A DNA stretch of 49,437 bases from Candidatus Parvarchaeota archaeon (GTDB taxonomy: Archaea > Nanobdellota > Nanobdellia > Parvarchaeales > Parvarchaeaceae): contig JAGDXV010000021.1 of NCBI GenBank assembly GCA_023261805.1, positions 1 through 49,437 on the forward strand, read 5' to 3'. The notes beneath the pieces were generated by a model. The model ran no database searches. It worked only from the letters and a program-made list of their open reading frames with translations, and was not told where the DNA came from. Shown here piece by piece: positions 16,955 to 26,534 of this stretch (position 1 is its first letter; every line of letters begins with the position of its first letter). The position numbers and the translations under genes were made by a program.

Positions 16955-18981
16955 ACAAGCATCTTTATGAAGCCCATTCTTGGCTCAAATATCTCACCTT
17001 CTCTTTTAAGGATGCTGATTGCATCATCTACCTGCTCCTTGCTTATTCCACTTTTCTCTGCATCGCTGTAGATCGTTGATATTGGAACGGATGATCCGCT
17101 TGGCAGCGAATTTATCTCATTTGATATTATTGATTTCACAGACAAAACAATGCTTCTTTGTGATGTTGATATTCCCACAGCTATTCTATCTATATCTAAA
17201 TTTCCAGTACTCTTGTCCACACCCACCTCACCAAGATATGCCATTATTAAGTCTATGGCTCGTTTTGCATCCTCTGGCATGACGTAGTTTGATAGTCTGA
17301 CCTTTGCGCTTGCCTCGGCCAATCTTATTATCGCCTCCAGCTGTCTTGCTGAAATCGGTATGGGCCTCAATTTTTCGTCTTCGTTAGAAACCGAGGACCT
17401 TAATTTGAGGTAAAATTCATTTATGGTTTTCATTGCATCGTCTGATAGGATTGGCTTGGATTTTTGTCTGGCGTATGCGATGTATTTTCTAAACAAATCC
17501 ACATCTATCGCTGGCTTATTTTTATCAATGTCTTTGTTTGCTTCAAGTATCTTTTCAGCCACCATCTTATCAACTTCGGGGTTGGGTTTGTCCTGCATTA
17601 TGAATATCAGGTCAAAACGGTTTATCAGCGTCGGAGGAAGATCTATCTGCGCCGCCACGACATCGTAAGGATTAAATCTCCCGAGTTTTGGATTGGCTGC
17701 AGCCAGGACGCTTGTCTGTGATACAAGTGTCGCATGGATGTTCGCTTTAGATACGGCGATTATCTGTTGCTCCAAAGCCGAGTGGAGGGCAGAGCGGTCA
17801 TCTTTGTTCATTTTGTCAAGTTCATCTATGCACAGCAGACCGCCATTTGTAAGTGGCATTGCACCTGCTTCCAAAACAAAGGTTCTGCTGTTCTCATCTT
17901 TTGTGACCGTCGCCGTCAGTCCGGCGGCGCTCGAGCCCATTCCCGTAACGTATCTTGCTTTTGGAGCTATTGTGCTCACATACCTCAGAATCGCGCTTTT
18001 TGCGGTACCCGGATCGCCAACGAGAAGTATATGAATGTCTCCCCTGAAGACACTCGCCTCATCCTGCATGGCTTTTCTAACCCCCCCGAAAAGCTGGAGA
18101 ACTATGGCTTCTTTGATGTTATCATAACCAAATACGTTTGGAGCTATAGAATCCTTGAGCTTTTGGTAGATCAGCTTGTCCTGTGCAAGGGCTTTTATCT
18201 CATCCTCTTCTTTCTTTGATATTGACATCTCCTCAAAACTTTGTTCGACAGATTCTACATACAGCGCCTCTACCTGCAGTTCAGATGTGCTTGATCTTTT
18301 TCCACTAGGCAGGAATATTGGGACTTCTATCACTACACCAGAGACCGTGACCTTGTTTCCAGGGATAATGTTCCTTTCGAACTTCGGATCCACAAGGTCA
18401 TCTTTAAGTATTACGTCGATCTGCTTCGGTTGCTGTCCCCCTTCTAAATCTTCAGGAGCCTCCTCAAGCAGGATTCTTTGTGTATCCACCAATTCCTTGT
18501 CGATTATCTTGAACCTGCCCTTCCTTCCGCAATTACTGCAGACCAAAGGCATCTTTATTGTCCTTTCAGTTTGCTCGACTTTTGTAATATGACCGCAGCT
18601 TTGGCATTCGAAGCTAACACTTTTGGCGACAGGCCTCACGGTTGTGGCCAATTTGATCAATCCCGTTACTTGTATGAGTCTTCCTAGGTGTTTGCTTCTT
18701 ATCTCGTTGATCATCAGAGTCGCATTGTCTGGGAGATCATGAATTCTTATATTCATCTTCACATCCTTGAAGTTCGGATCGACCTCCACTATCACCGCTT
18801 TGAGAAGATCTATTGAATCTATGGGTTTTTTCAAAAACGCATCACCAAGAGCGGGTGAAAATTCGTCTATCTCTTGAAAATCTATCACAAGCGAGGACTT
18901 GTTAGCGGCTATGGTCTCCTTAATGTTGTGTATAAGTTTCGTGGATACAAACCGCTTCATCAATTCCTCTAGTTCCTCCAT
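16951..18981 (-). CDS. mcm: MCM replicative helicase
   Basis: Zn finger CQSC...CSNC, Walker A GDPGTAKS, 'LCIDELDKM', 'AANPKLGRF', 'ISARQLE', C-terminal WH; no intein. Confidence 0.98.
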   Translation of the reverse strand: MEELEELMKRFVSTKLIHNIKETIAANKSSLVIDFQEIDEFSPALGDAFLKKPIDSIDLLKAVIVEVDPNFKDVKMNIRIHDLPDNATLMINEIRSKHLGRLIQVTGLIKLATTVRPVAKSVSFECQSCGHITKVEQTERTIKMPLVCSNCGRKGRFKIIDKELVDTQRILLEEAPEDLEGGQQPKQIDVILKDDLVDPKFERNIIPGNKVTVSGVVIEVPIFLPSGKRSSTSELQVEALYVESVEQSFEEMSISKKEEDEIKALAQDKLIYQKLKDSIAPNVFGYDNIKEAIVLQLFGGVRKAMQDEASVFRGDIHILLVGDPGTAKSAILRYVSTIAPKARYVTGMGSSAAGLTATVTKDENSRTFVLEAGAMPLTNGGLLCIDELDKMNKDDRSALHSALEQQIIAVSKANIHATLVSQTSVLAAANPKLGRFNPYDVVAAQIDLPPTLINRFDLIFIMQDKPNPEVDKMVAEKILEANKDIDKNKPAIDVDLFRKYIAYARQKSKPILSDDAMKTINEFYLKLRSSVSNEDEKLRPIPISARQLEAIIRLAEASAKVRLSNYVMPEDAKRAIDLIMAYLGEVGVDKSTGNLDIDRIAVGISTSQRSIVLSVKSIISNEINSLPSGSSVPISTIYSDAEKSGISKEQVDDAISILKREGEIFEPRMGFIKMLV

Positions 18982-19014
18982 AGCCTCCTCAACTCAATCC
19001 CTGTCTCTCTGTAT

Positions 19015-19680
19015 TTAAACATTTTTATCCAAAAACTTTTTGTAACTTTTATAGAGGTACTCTCCTGCTGAGTTTAAGTCATTGAAGAAGAGGGTGGAAT
19101 TTTTCAGTCTTTTATTGTACACACCGATGAAATTTATGCCCGCCCTTTTGGAGGCTATAGAATCATATTCACTGTCGCCTATATACACCGTCCTTTTAGG
19201 CAGCATCTTCAGTCTTTTCATCGCAAGTTTAAGTGTATAGGGATTTGGTTTCTCCTGCCACGGTTTCTTTGCGTTTATTATTTTTATTCCAACTTTATTT
19301 AGATCAATTTTTTTCTTTATCACCCTTAGTTCAGCATCATTTATTGAACTTACTATGCACACTTTGACGCCTTTTCTCTGTAGAAATCTTATGATCCGCA
19401 GCGCACCTGGAAATAGGTGTATTCCCTTTGCCCGATTTTTTCTAAAAAGCCTATCTTTTTCTTTTAGGATCTTCCCTCTAGTCTTCTCGTTTATTTTAAT
19501 TCCATACGTTTTCTCGGCGTCGTTGCAGAACATAATGAAAGGAGATCTAACATTTTCTTTGACATATTTATAGGGTATTTTCTTTCCTTCAGGTAGTTTT
19601 TGAAGGGCAAGCCACACATATTTAGCGTGAACCTCTGTGCTATCAAGTATCGTACCATCAAGATCGAATATCACTCCCAT
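19015..19680 (-). CDS. HAD-superfamily hydrolase (phosphoglycolate phosphatase-like)
   Basis: FDLDGT, KPNP and YIGDSEYD motifs. Confidence 0.9.
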   Translation of the reverse strand: MGVIFDLDGTILDSTEVHAKYVWLALQKLPEGKKIPYKYVKENVRSPFIMFCNDAEKTYGIKINEKTRGKILKEKDRLFRKNRAKGIHLFPGALRIIRFLQRKGVKVCIVSSINDAELRVIKKKIDLNKVGIKIINAKKPWQEKPNPYTLKLAMKRLKMLPKRTVYIGDSEYDSIASKRAGINFIGVYNKRLKNSTLFFNDLNSAGEYLYKSYKKFLDKNV

Positions 19681-19714
19681 AAATCAAAATATGATGCTTC
19701 TGGATAATTTATCC

Positions 19715-20437
19715 TTAAAATAATCTAAGCCTGAGCATCAGAAACACTGAAAATATGAAGATCATCAACATAGCAAGGGACGCAACATAATTTATCAGGA
19801 ACAGGATGACAGTTATGATCGCTATCAACATAAGGATGTAATACGCTTCTCTGTTGTGGTAAAAGAGCAGGACTCCGTCATTGTAACGATATGGAACAAA
19901 ATCTATCAGCAAGAATATGATCAGGAAGGAGGCGGCCTCGGCGTATGGTATTATGTTGTATGAATCAAAAAGCAGTACAAACGCTGCTGAAATCATCAAC
20001 AAAACTATCGCATAAAGCAAGAAAATGTGACTTCTCTCCTTTGCCGTAACAGGCCCTTCCTTGAGAGCCAGTATCTTTCTGTTAGTTCTACTATATCTTG
20101 CCGATCTTATCAATGGAAAAACTATTGGAAGTCCAAGCAAAGAAATTCCGAAGGTTATTACAAAAGAATAAAGCCACTCAGGCCTGTTGCGAAGATCCAC
20201 GAAGGCATGATACCGTTTCGCTATGAGCTTCTCGCTCAGAGAAATTACAAGGGTCACAACGATTATTGAAAAGAGGGAGTAATAGACATCCTGTCTGTGA
20301 AAGTGGTAAATGCTCATTAAGGACAATATAATCTGATTTGTCGCAAAGACAAGCAATACAAAGAAGAAGATAGATAGTGCCGCCTTCTCATTGTACTTGT
20401 ATTTTATCAGAAAGCGTTTGATTCCTTTCAGTGTCAT
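19715..20437 (-). CDS. Polytopic membrane protein, possibly a degenerate M50/site-2 protease homolog
   Basis: Six to seven TM helices. 'IDFVPYRYNDG' resembles NxxPxxxLDG, but there is no HExxH. Confidence 0.5.
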   Translation of the reverse strand: MTLKGIKRFLIKYKYNEKAALSIFFFVLLVFATNQIILSLMSIYHFHRQDVYYSLFSIIVVTLVISLSEKLIAKRYHAFVDLRNRPEWLYSFVITFGISLLGLPIVFPLIRSARYSRTNRKILALKEGPVTAKERSHIFLLYAIVLLMISAAFVLLFDSYNIIPYAEAASFLIIFLLIDFVPYRYNDGVLLFYHNREAYYILMLIAIITVILFLINYVASLAMLMIFIFSVFLMLRLRLF

Positions 20438-21501
20438 TTTTTCCTCCTAAGATCTATGAAGTATATCGCTAATATTAGAGCGATGACTACGATAGTTAAA
20501 ACGATATACATAAGGACGCTGCTGGATGTTTGTCCCATCGTCTGGATCGGGCTCACAGGTTTATAAAATAGCGTCTGGTTGATGTAGGCTCCACTGGAAG
20601 AAGGGTAAAAGATTTCCACGCGCGATATCGTGCTTGATTTTGGAAGAGGTATCACGATGCTAGTTTCACCAGGAAAGATTGTTCTCGTTACGTTGTACAG
20701 AAATGGGTTCCCGTCGATGTAAAGAAGGAATCTGAAGGTCACGTTTATAGGAACATTGTTACCGTTCGAGAAACTTATTGAATAGTACGTATAGTTTTGT
20801 GTGGAATTCATAGTTCCATTTCCCTTGAACTTCATACTAATCTCCGGATGTATAACTTTAATCGTCAGTGTTTTGTTTATCTCCGTTCCATTGAATTTAG
20901 CTTGAAATGGGAAATCAAGCGTTGCATTGGGAAGGGTTATGGTTATATTCATCGGTAGAAGATAAGTTTGGTTTGGCTCCACTTGAAATACTTGTTTAAA
21001 GTTCTGCATGGATATGTATACTCCATTCAAAACAGGCATCATCCACGTCACGTTGAGAGGAGTATTGCCGGTATCATCTACTTTTATCTCTTCCTGTGCG
21101 GTTTTATTGAAAGCAAAGACACTACTTTCAGTTCCATCGAAACTGAACATGGAGTACGGCTTAATGTACACACTTGTGTTTGAGCATAACGGAGTTTTGA
21201 GTATTGAGGTATCTAAGCACACTTTGTAATTTCCATACATCATATTTGTTACGTTGTAGGCTACGCTGATCTGTTTTGCATAGTTTCCTGGAACTACCCC
21301 TTCATCTATCGTTTTGTTGTTAATGGATAATGAATAGGTCGATGAATTATATGAGAAAACACTGAAATTGATAAGAAGATTCTGGTTTATCCCGACTGAG
21401 GAGTTGATCACATTTAGCGTGGCGCTTTCTGTCACGGAAGCCTTAGTTATAGCGACACTCAGTATCACCGCAACAAGGACAGCTATCGCAATATCTTTCA
21501 T
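20434..21501 (-). CDS. Secreted, C-terminally anchored beta-rich glycoprotein
   Basis: Signal peptide, many NxS/T sequons, C-terminal TM helix followed by RRKK. Confidence 0.7.
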   Translation of the reverse strand: MKDIAIAVLVAVILSVAITKASVTESATLNVINSSVGINQNLLINFSVFSYNSSTYSLSINNKTIDEGVVPGNYAKQISVAYNVTNMMYGNYKVCLDTSILKTPLCSNTSVYIKPYSMFSFDGTESSVFAFNKTAQEEIKVDDTGNTPLNVTWMMPVLNGVYISMQNFKQVFQVEPNQTYLLPMNITITLPNATLDFPFQAKFNGTEINKTLTIKVIHPEISMKFKGNGTMNSTQNYTYYSISFSNGNNVPINVTFRFLLYIDGNPFLYNVTRTIFPGETSIVIPLPKSSTISRVEIFYPSSSGAYINQTLFYKPVSPIQTMGQTSSSVLMYIVLTIVVIALILAIYFIDLRRKK

Positions 21502-21572
21502 AGTATTATGAGATCCTTTCAATAATTTAAACCATTAGCAAAGAATAAATTCCATCGCTGATTTAGGATAGA

Positions 21573-21929
21573 ATGCAGATCAATCAGTTTTGGCTTTTGT
21601 TAGCCTTTGTCATCGGGGCCATAGCACTTTTCGGCATAGCTCTCGTTATAGAGAAAATCATAAGTCCAGGCGTTAAACCTCAGGGGTTTGGAAGTGAAAG
21701 GATTGAAAGCTCCGAAAGAAGCATCGCCCCATACAGGGTCGTTGGTTTTCAGTACTTTCTTTATGCACTGGTGTTCGTAATCTTTGAGGCGGTTTTCGTC
21801 GTTTCTTTGTTCTTTGTGCAGAATCTTAGGTCCTTCGATTATGTTTCATCGATAATCTTTTCATTTGGTCTCCTATATGCAATACTGTTCATAAGATATC
21901 TTTTGCAGAAGAAGGGGGAAACTATATGA
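21573..21929 (+). CDS. nuoA: Complex I subunit A
   Basis: Three TM helices, 'YFLYALVFVIFEA'; first gene of the cluster. Confidence 0.85.
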   Translation: MQINQFWLLLAFVIGAIALFGIALVIEKIISPGVKPQGFGSERIESSERSIAPYRVVGFQYFLYALVFVIFEAVFVVSLFFVQNLRSFDYVSSIIFSFGLLYAILFIRYLLQKKGETI

Positions 21930-22462
21930 AAGTGGATGATGCAGTACCAAACGAGTTTTCATATCCGGGCTTGGGTGAGATTTTCATCACAAACACAAGG
22001 AAATTTATCAACAAAGTTTTAAGCTGGGGAAGGGCCAACTCCCTTTGGCCCCTCACTTTCGGTACTTCTTGCTGTGCCATAGAGATGATGGTTTACGGCG
22101 CAACGAAGGTGGACGCTGACAGGCTAGGGAACCTGTTCATAGGAGACTCTCCTAGGCAAGCGGACATGATTTTCGTCAGTGGGACAATAACAAAGAAGAT
22201 GGCTAGACGGCTGTTGACAGTTTATCAGCAGATGCCAGCTCCAAAATACGTTGTGGCAGTCGGGGCCTGCAACATCAGCGGAGGACTTTTCTGGGACAGT
22301 TACAATGTCATAGATGGAATAGACAGAATAATGCCTGTTGACGTTTATATACCAGGCTGTCCCCCAAGACCAGAACAGTTTCTGGATGCGGTTAAAGTGC
22401 TTCAGAAGCTGATAAATGAAAACAAAACGAGAGGAGGGGTTTATGGACCTAGAGAGATTTAG
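21926..22462 (+). CDS. nuoB: Complex I subunit B
   Basis: SLWPLTFGTSCCAIEM, SPRQAD, GAC, PVDVYIPGCPPRPE. Confidence 0.96.
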   Translation: MKVDDAVPNEFSYPGLGEIFITNTRKFINKVLSWGRANSLWPLTFGTSCCAIEMMVYGATKVDADRLGNLFIGDSPRQADMIFVSGTITKKMARRLLTVYQQMPAPKYVVAVGACNISGGLFWDSYNVIDGIDRIMPVDVYIPGCPPRPEQFLDAVKVLQKLINENKTRGGVYGPREI

Positions 22463-22886
22463 AGAAAGGTTTGGTGACAAAGTAAAGATAGATAAAAATA
22501 TTCTCACATTAGCCGATAAGAAGGATCTAATAAGGGTTGTAAAGTTTGTCAGCAAGTATTTTGATGTTCTGTACATGCTGATAGTTGTGCACAGGCCACC
22601 GAAGTTTGAACTAAATTACATTTTCTCAAGGTATCAGGATCAGGAGATCATACAAATAAAGGTCGAGATAAGTGATAAGGAAAACATAGCGTCAATATCG
22701 AATGTCTTTAAGTCTGCTGAATGGGAGGAGAGGGAGGCTTATGATATGTTTGGTATAGTTTTTAGAGATCATCCAGACCTCCGTAGGATACTCCTTCCAG
22801 AAGACTGGCCTGGACACCCTATGAGAAAGGATTTTGTTGTGACAGAGGAGATAAAGCACTGGACAGGCTTAGATCTGAAGTTTTGA
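22443..22886 (+). CDS. nuoC: Complex I subunit C
   Basis: WEEREAYDMFGIVFRDHPDLRRILLPEDWPGHPMRKD; GAGGAGG RBS before ATG 22443. Confidence 0.95.
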   Translation: MDLERFRERFGDKVKIDKNILTLADKKDLIRVVKFVSKYFDVLYMLIVVHRPPKFELNYIFSRYQDQEIIQIKVEISDKENIASISNVFKSAEWEEREAYDMFGIVFRDHPDLRRILLPEDWPGHPMRKDFVVTEEIKHWTGLDLKF

Positions 22887-22887
22887 T

Positions 22888-23979
22888 ATGGGGGAGATAG
22901 AATTAAACATAGGACCGGTTCATCCCGCGACTCACGGGGTCCTTAGACTGAAAGCAAGGGTGGAGAAGGACACAGTTTTAGGTGGGGATGTGGAGATAGG
23001 TTATCTTCACAGGGCGATGGAGAAGATAGCCGAGCAACGGCTTTTCAATAGTTTTTTCCCGAATGTCGATAAACTCGAATATGTCAGCGCACTGAATTGG
23101 GAGATACTTTACGCAAGCGTTTTGGAAAAGGCCTTAGGAATAGACATACCGCCGAGGGCGAAGTACATACGTGTAATACTTGCGGAGATTCAGCGTATAA
23201 TGAGTCACCTTATCTTCATCGGTGCTTTCGGTCAAGATCTTGGGAATATTACGGTGTTCACATGGGCTTTGAGGGAAAGAGAGTTGTTGATGGATATCGT
23301 TGAGAAGATAAGTGGGGGGAGGCTGGCTCCTATGTACCTCCGTGTCGGTGGAACGGAGTACGATCTCCCCGAAGGCTTCGATTCTATGATTCTTCCTGTT
23401 TTGGATAGATTAGAGGAGAAGGTGAATAAAGACTATAAAGCAGTCACATATGAGAACAGTCTTTTCAAGATGCGTACAAAGGGGGTAGGGGTCCTTACAA
23501 GAGACACCGTGAAGAAGTATGGGATAACTGGTCCTAATATGAGGGCAAGCGGAATAGAGCGGGATCTCAGAAGGAGTGAACCTTACTTTGTTTATGATTC
23601 GCTTGATTTTGATATACCTGTTGAGGATGCAGGGGATTCATATGCTAGGTTTATGGTGAGGATAAGGGAGATACAGGAGTCAATAAAGATCTTGAGGCAG
23701 GCTGTTAGAGCGCTTCCAAAGGGGAATTACATAAACAAGCAACCTTGGATGTTCAAGATCCCTCCAACAGAAGCCTTTGTTAGGCAGGAGTGCCCAAGGG
23801 GGGAGGGAGCCATGTTCCTTGTTACAGATGGTGGAATGAAGGCATACAGGTTGAAGATAAGGAGTCCCTCGTTTTATACAGTTCAGGCGATGCCAGAGAT
23901 TATAAAAGGTGCAAGAGTTGCAGATTTGTTCACGATAATAGCAAGCCTTGATCCGGTGATGGGTGAGGTGGACAGATGA
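22888..23979 (+). CDS. nuoD: Complex I subunit D
   Basis: GPVHPATHGVLRL, IGYLHRAMEK, C-terminal DPVMGEVDR; no NiFe CxxC motifs. Confidence 0.96.
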   Translation: MGEIELNIGPVHPATHGVLRLKARVEKDTVLGGDVEIGYLHRAMEKIAEQRLFNSFFPNVDKLEYVSALNWEILYASVLEKALGIDIPPRAKYIRVILAEIQRIMSHLIFIGAFGQDLGNITVFTWALRERELLMDIVEKISGGRLAPMYLRVGGTEYDLPEGFDSMILPVLDRLEEKVNKDYKAVTYENSLFKMRTKGVGVLTRDTVKKYGITGPNMRASGIERDLRRSEPYFVYDSLDFDIPVEDAGDSYARFMVRIREIQESIKILRQAVRALPKGNYINKQPWMFKIPPTEAFVRQECPRGEGAMFLVTDGGMKAYRLKIRSPSFYTVQAMPEIIKGARVADLFTIIASLDPVMGEVDR

Positions 23980-24974
23980 TCATAAATTTTTTCTATACGA
24001 TCGTAAGGGAATTTTTCTCAGTCAGAGTTTCGATACTTCTTTCGGTCATCATTTTGTTTATCATCGCTTTGATCTTGACAGTTGCGGCGCCTCTGATCCT
24101 TGGATGGGTAGATAGAAAATTTGCCGCGAGGATGCAGTCCAGATATGGACCGATGTACGTTGGAAAATTCGGTTTGTTACAGAATGTCGCTGATTTCATT
24201 AAACTTCTTGGGAAGGACGTTTTATCGAACGCTTATGTCGATGGCCTTGCATTCAACATTGCGCCGCTTCTTTCAAGCGCCTTTGCTGTTGCGATGATAT
24301 CGATAATTCCATTGGGTTCGGCATCGCTTGAGATAATCAACCTACCTTACAATCTCCTTTTCATATACATCTTCATGGCGCTCTCTCCCTTGCTTGTGAT
24401 GCTTGGTGGGTGGGGCGAGAACAACAAATTTGCGCTTCTAGGTGCATTCAGAGGAACAGCGCAGATGATCACATACGAGTTGTCAGTGCTCGTTGTCTTC
24501 ATGAGCATCGCTTTCGTGTCTGGGAGTTTTGATATATCCGCAATAGTCTTATCACAATCAATGGTGTGGAATGCAGTTTACTTTCCGGTTTTATTTTTAG
24601 TTTTTATCATCGGGTCTCTGGCTGTGATAGAAAGGGCACCATTCGATATGCCAGAATCATCACAAGAATTGCAAGCAGGATGGAGAATAGAGTATAGCGG
24701 TCTGAGATACGGTTTACTGATAGTTGGCGATTATGTAAAACTCCTTGTGATATCGATGCTTGCAGTCTATCTATTTCTTGGGGGATGGAACGGACCACTT
24801 CTTCCACCGCTAGCATGGTTTTGGATAAAGACGGCTATCGTGATATTGGTTTTGATGTCCTTTAGATGGTCATTGAACAGGCCGAGGATAGATCAATTGC
24901 TTGACATCGGCTGGAAGTGGTTGCTTCCATTAGGTGTATTGAATCTTGTGGCGGTGATGGTGTTATGGGCATAA
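23976..24974 (+). CDS. nuoH: Complex I subunit H
   Basis: RKFAARMQSRYGP, GLLQNVADFIKL, RAPFDMPE, RPRIDQ. Confidence 0.95.
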   Translation: MIINFFYTIVREFFSVRVSILLSVIILFIIALILTVAAPLILGWVDRKFAARMQSRYGPMYVGKFGLLQNVADFIKLLGKDVLSNAYVDGLAFNIAPLLSSAFAVAMISIIPLGSASLEIINLPYNLLFIYIFMALSPLLVMLGGWGENNKFALLGAFRGTAQMITYELSVLVVFMSIAFVSGSFDISAIVLSQSMVWNAVYFPVLFLVFIIGSLAVIERAPFDMPESSQELQAGWRIEYSGLRYGLLIVGDYVKLLVISMLAVYLFLGGWNGPLLPPLAWFWIKTAIVILVLMSFRWSLNRPRIDQLLDIGWKWLLPLGVLNLVAVMVLWA

Positions 24975-25450
24975 AAGAGACACTGAAGGGGATAGGCTAT
25001 TCTATTGGTAATTTAAAGAACAAGCCTGCGACATATCTTTATCCAGACAAGCCCCTTCCTGTTCAGGAAAAGAGCAGAGGGATGCTATCATTGGACCTTG
25101 AAGGGTGCATCGGGTGCGAGCTGTGCCAGAAAATTTGCCCTGCGGACGCGATAACTATGATGAAGATCGATCAAAATAAGGCTCACTTTAAGGCAAATGC
25201 AAGGGGTGAGGCACCTGCGGTCGATTTTGCCAAGTGCATTTTCTGCGGTTTATGTGTTGATATTTGCCCTCCGAACGTCTTGCATCATACGCACAAATAT
25301 GATATATCAACCAACAGGAAGGATGATCTCTTCTATGACCCATTCAGATTGAATGAAGTATATAATGAGGAGTATAAACCTCTTAATCTCAAATCAAGGA
25401 ACGAAGAGGAAAAGCCATCTGAACCTTCAACGGAACAGGGGAAGAATTAA
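24965..25450 (+). CDS. nuoI: Complex I subunit I (2[4Fe-4S])
   Basis: CIGCELCQKICP and CIFCGLCVDICP. Confidence 0.93.
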   Translation: MGIKETLKGIGYSIGNLKNKPATYLYPDKPLPVQEKSRGMLSLDLEGCIGCELCQKICPADAITMMKIDQNKAHFKANARGEAPAVDFAKCIFCGLCVDICPPNVLHHTHKYDISTNRKDDLFYDPFRLNEVYNEEYKPLNLKSRNEEEKPSEPSTEQGKN

Positions 25451-25451
25451 T

Positions 25452-25787
25452 TCACTTGCTCTTTCCAATTATCTCTCTGAGTATTTTCTTATATTCTCTC
25501 TCGCTGATCTCTCCTCTTGCATACCTTCGTTGAAGATCACGAACAGCGCGGTGATTATATGGATACCAAGGCCACCAAAAAAGCCAGGAAAAGAACCATA
25601 TGAGAATCAACACACCAAAAATAGAGCCGACGATTGACCAGCCCCAATTCATCGGCATGCCGTAATAGATTTGATTGCTTCTTGATATCTGCATCCCAAT
25701 AACTATGATGATGACGGCAAAAGCCAAGACAGCGATCAGTCTGATAGTCCTCCACATCTCTATTCTTGTGATTATGTCGTCGCTCAT
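25452..25787 (-). CDS. Small membrane protein with a C-terminal SHOCT domain
   Basis: Two TM helices followed by 'LQRRYARGEISEREY'. Confidence 0.8.
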   Translation of the reverse strand: MSDDIITRIEMWRTIRLIAVLAFAVIIIVIGMQISRSNQIYYGMPMNWGWSIVGSIFGVLILIWFFSWLFWWPWYPYNHRAVRDLQRRYARGEISEREYKKILREIIGKSK

Positions 25788-25948
25788 TTTTTCTCCTTTA
25801 TTTCTTTTCTTCTCAATTCGTCTTTGAGTTTAGCGATCTTCTTTTTAAGGTGTCTATATCTCCCCGCATCAGCTGGCTGGAGCCCCTGTGTTCTCTTTAT
25901 GTTCATTTTTAGGAGTTCCATCTCCAGATCTTCCAGTTTCTCCTCCAT
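25784..25948 (-). CDS. rpl29: 50S ribosomal protein uL29 (54 aa, not in the ORF track)
   Basis: MEEKLEDLEMELLKMNIKRTQGLQPADAGRYRHLKKKIAKLKDELRRKEIKEKK; GGAGGTGA RBS at 25958-25965; canonical position after rps3. Confidence 0.85.
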   Translation of the reverse strand: MEEKLEDLEMELLKMNIKRTQGLQPADAGRYRHLKKKIAKLKDELRRKEIKEKK

Positions 25949-26534
25949 CCTTGAATCTCACCTCCCCAGGCATCGGTTTGTTTGTTACGATGGTCACTTT
26001 AATCCCTATCATGCCTCTTTTGAGCAAAAGTTGTTTGGATGCTTTTCTTACCCCATACTGTTCGACTTGGCCGGATTTTGGCAATACACCTCCATTCGGT
26101 CTAAACTTGAAGTGTGCGGCCCTCTCCTTCAGCACCCCTCCGATTTCTATCTCCGCGCCTCTAGCGCCTGCTTTCATCGTGTTATCTAATGCCTTGTGAG
26201 CTATGACTTTGTACTTCATCGGACCAAAGCGGAATATATTGAAGGCTATCGAATCAGCGACTATCTCAGGATCGAGCAATGGATTTTCAACACCCTCAAC
26301 ATCTATTCTTGGTGGTTCTATATTGAATATTTGCCCTATTTTGCTTGAGGCCTCCTTTAAAAGGTTGCTGTACCTTGATATTATAAGATTTGGTTTGTAT
26401 GCGAAAATCACGACCTTTATACCAAGAGGCGTTTTATCTATTTTAACACTGCTGACACCGAGTCTGTTAAATTTCTTTACTAGATACTCGATCGCTATTT
26501 GCTCACGCATCGCATTACTTATTATCTTTTGCAT
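25869..26534 (-). CDS. rps3: 30S ribosomal protein uS3
   Basis: KTPLGIKVVIFAYKP, 'MKAGARGAEIEIGG', 'GMIGIKVTI'; ATG 26534 is the likely start. Confidence 0.93.
   Translation of the reverse strand: MQKIISNAMREQIAIEYLVKKFNRLGVSSVKIDKTPLGIKVVIFAYKPNLIISRYSNLLKEASSKIGQIFNIEPPRIDVEGVENPLLDPEIVADSIAFNIFRFGPMKYKVIAHKALDNTMKAGARGAEIEIGGVLKERAAHFKFRPNGGVLPKSGQVEQYGVRKASKQLLLKRGMIGIKVTIVTNKPMPGEVRFKDGGETGRSGDGTPKNEHKENTGAPAS

Noticed and set aside
16951..18981. Intein or split in MCM (or in Cdc6)
   Set aside because: Lengths and motif spacing are normal; no intein motifs.
21926..23979. Group 4 [NiFe]-hydrogenase
   Set aside because: The large subunit lacks both CxxC Ni-binding motifs, and NuoB has the tandem CC typical of complex I.
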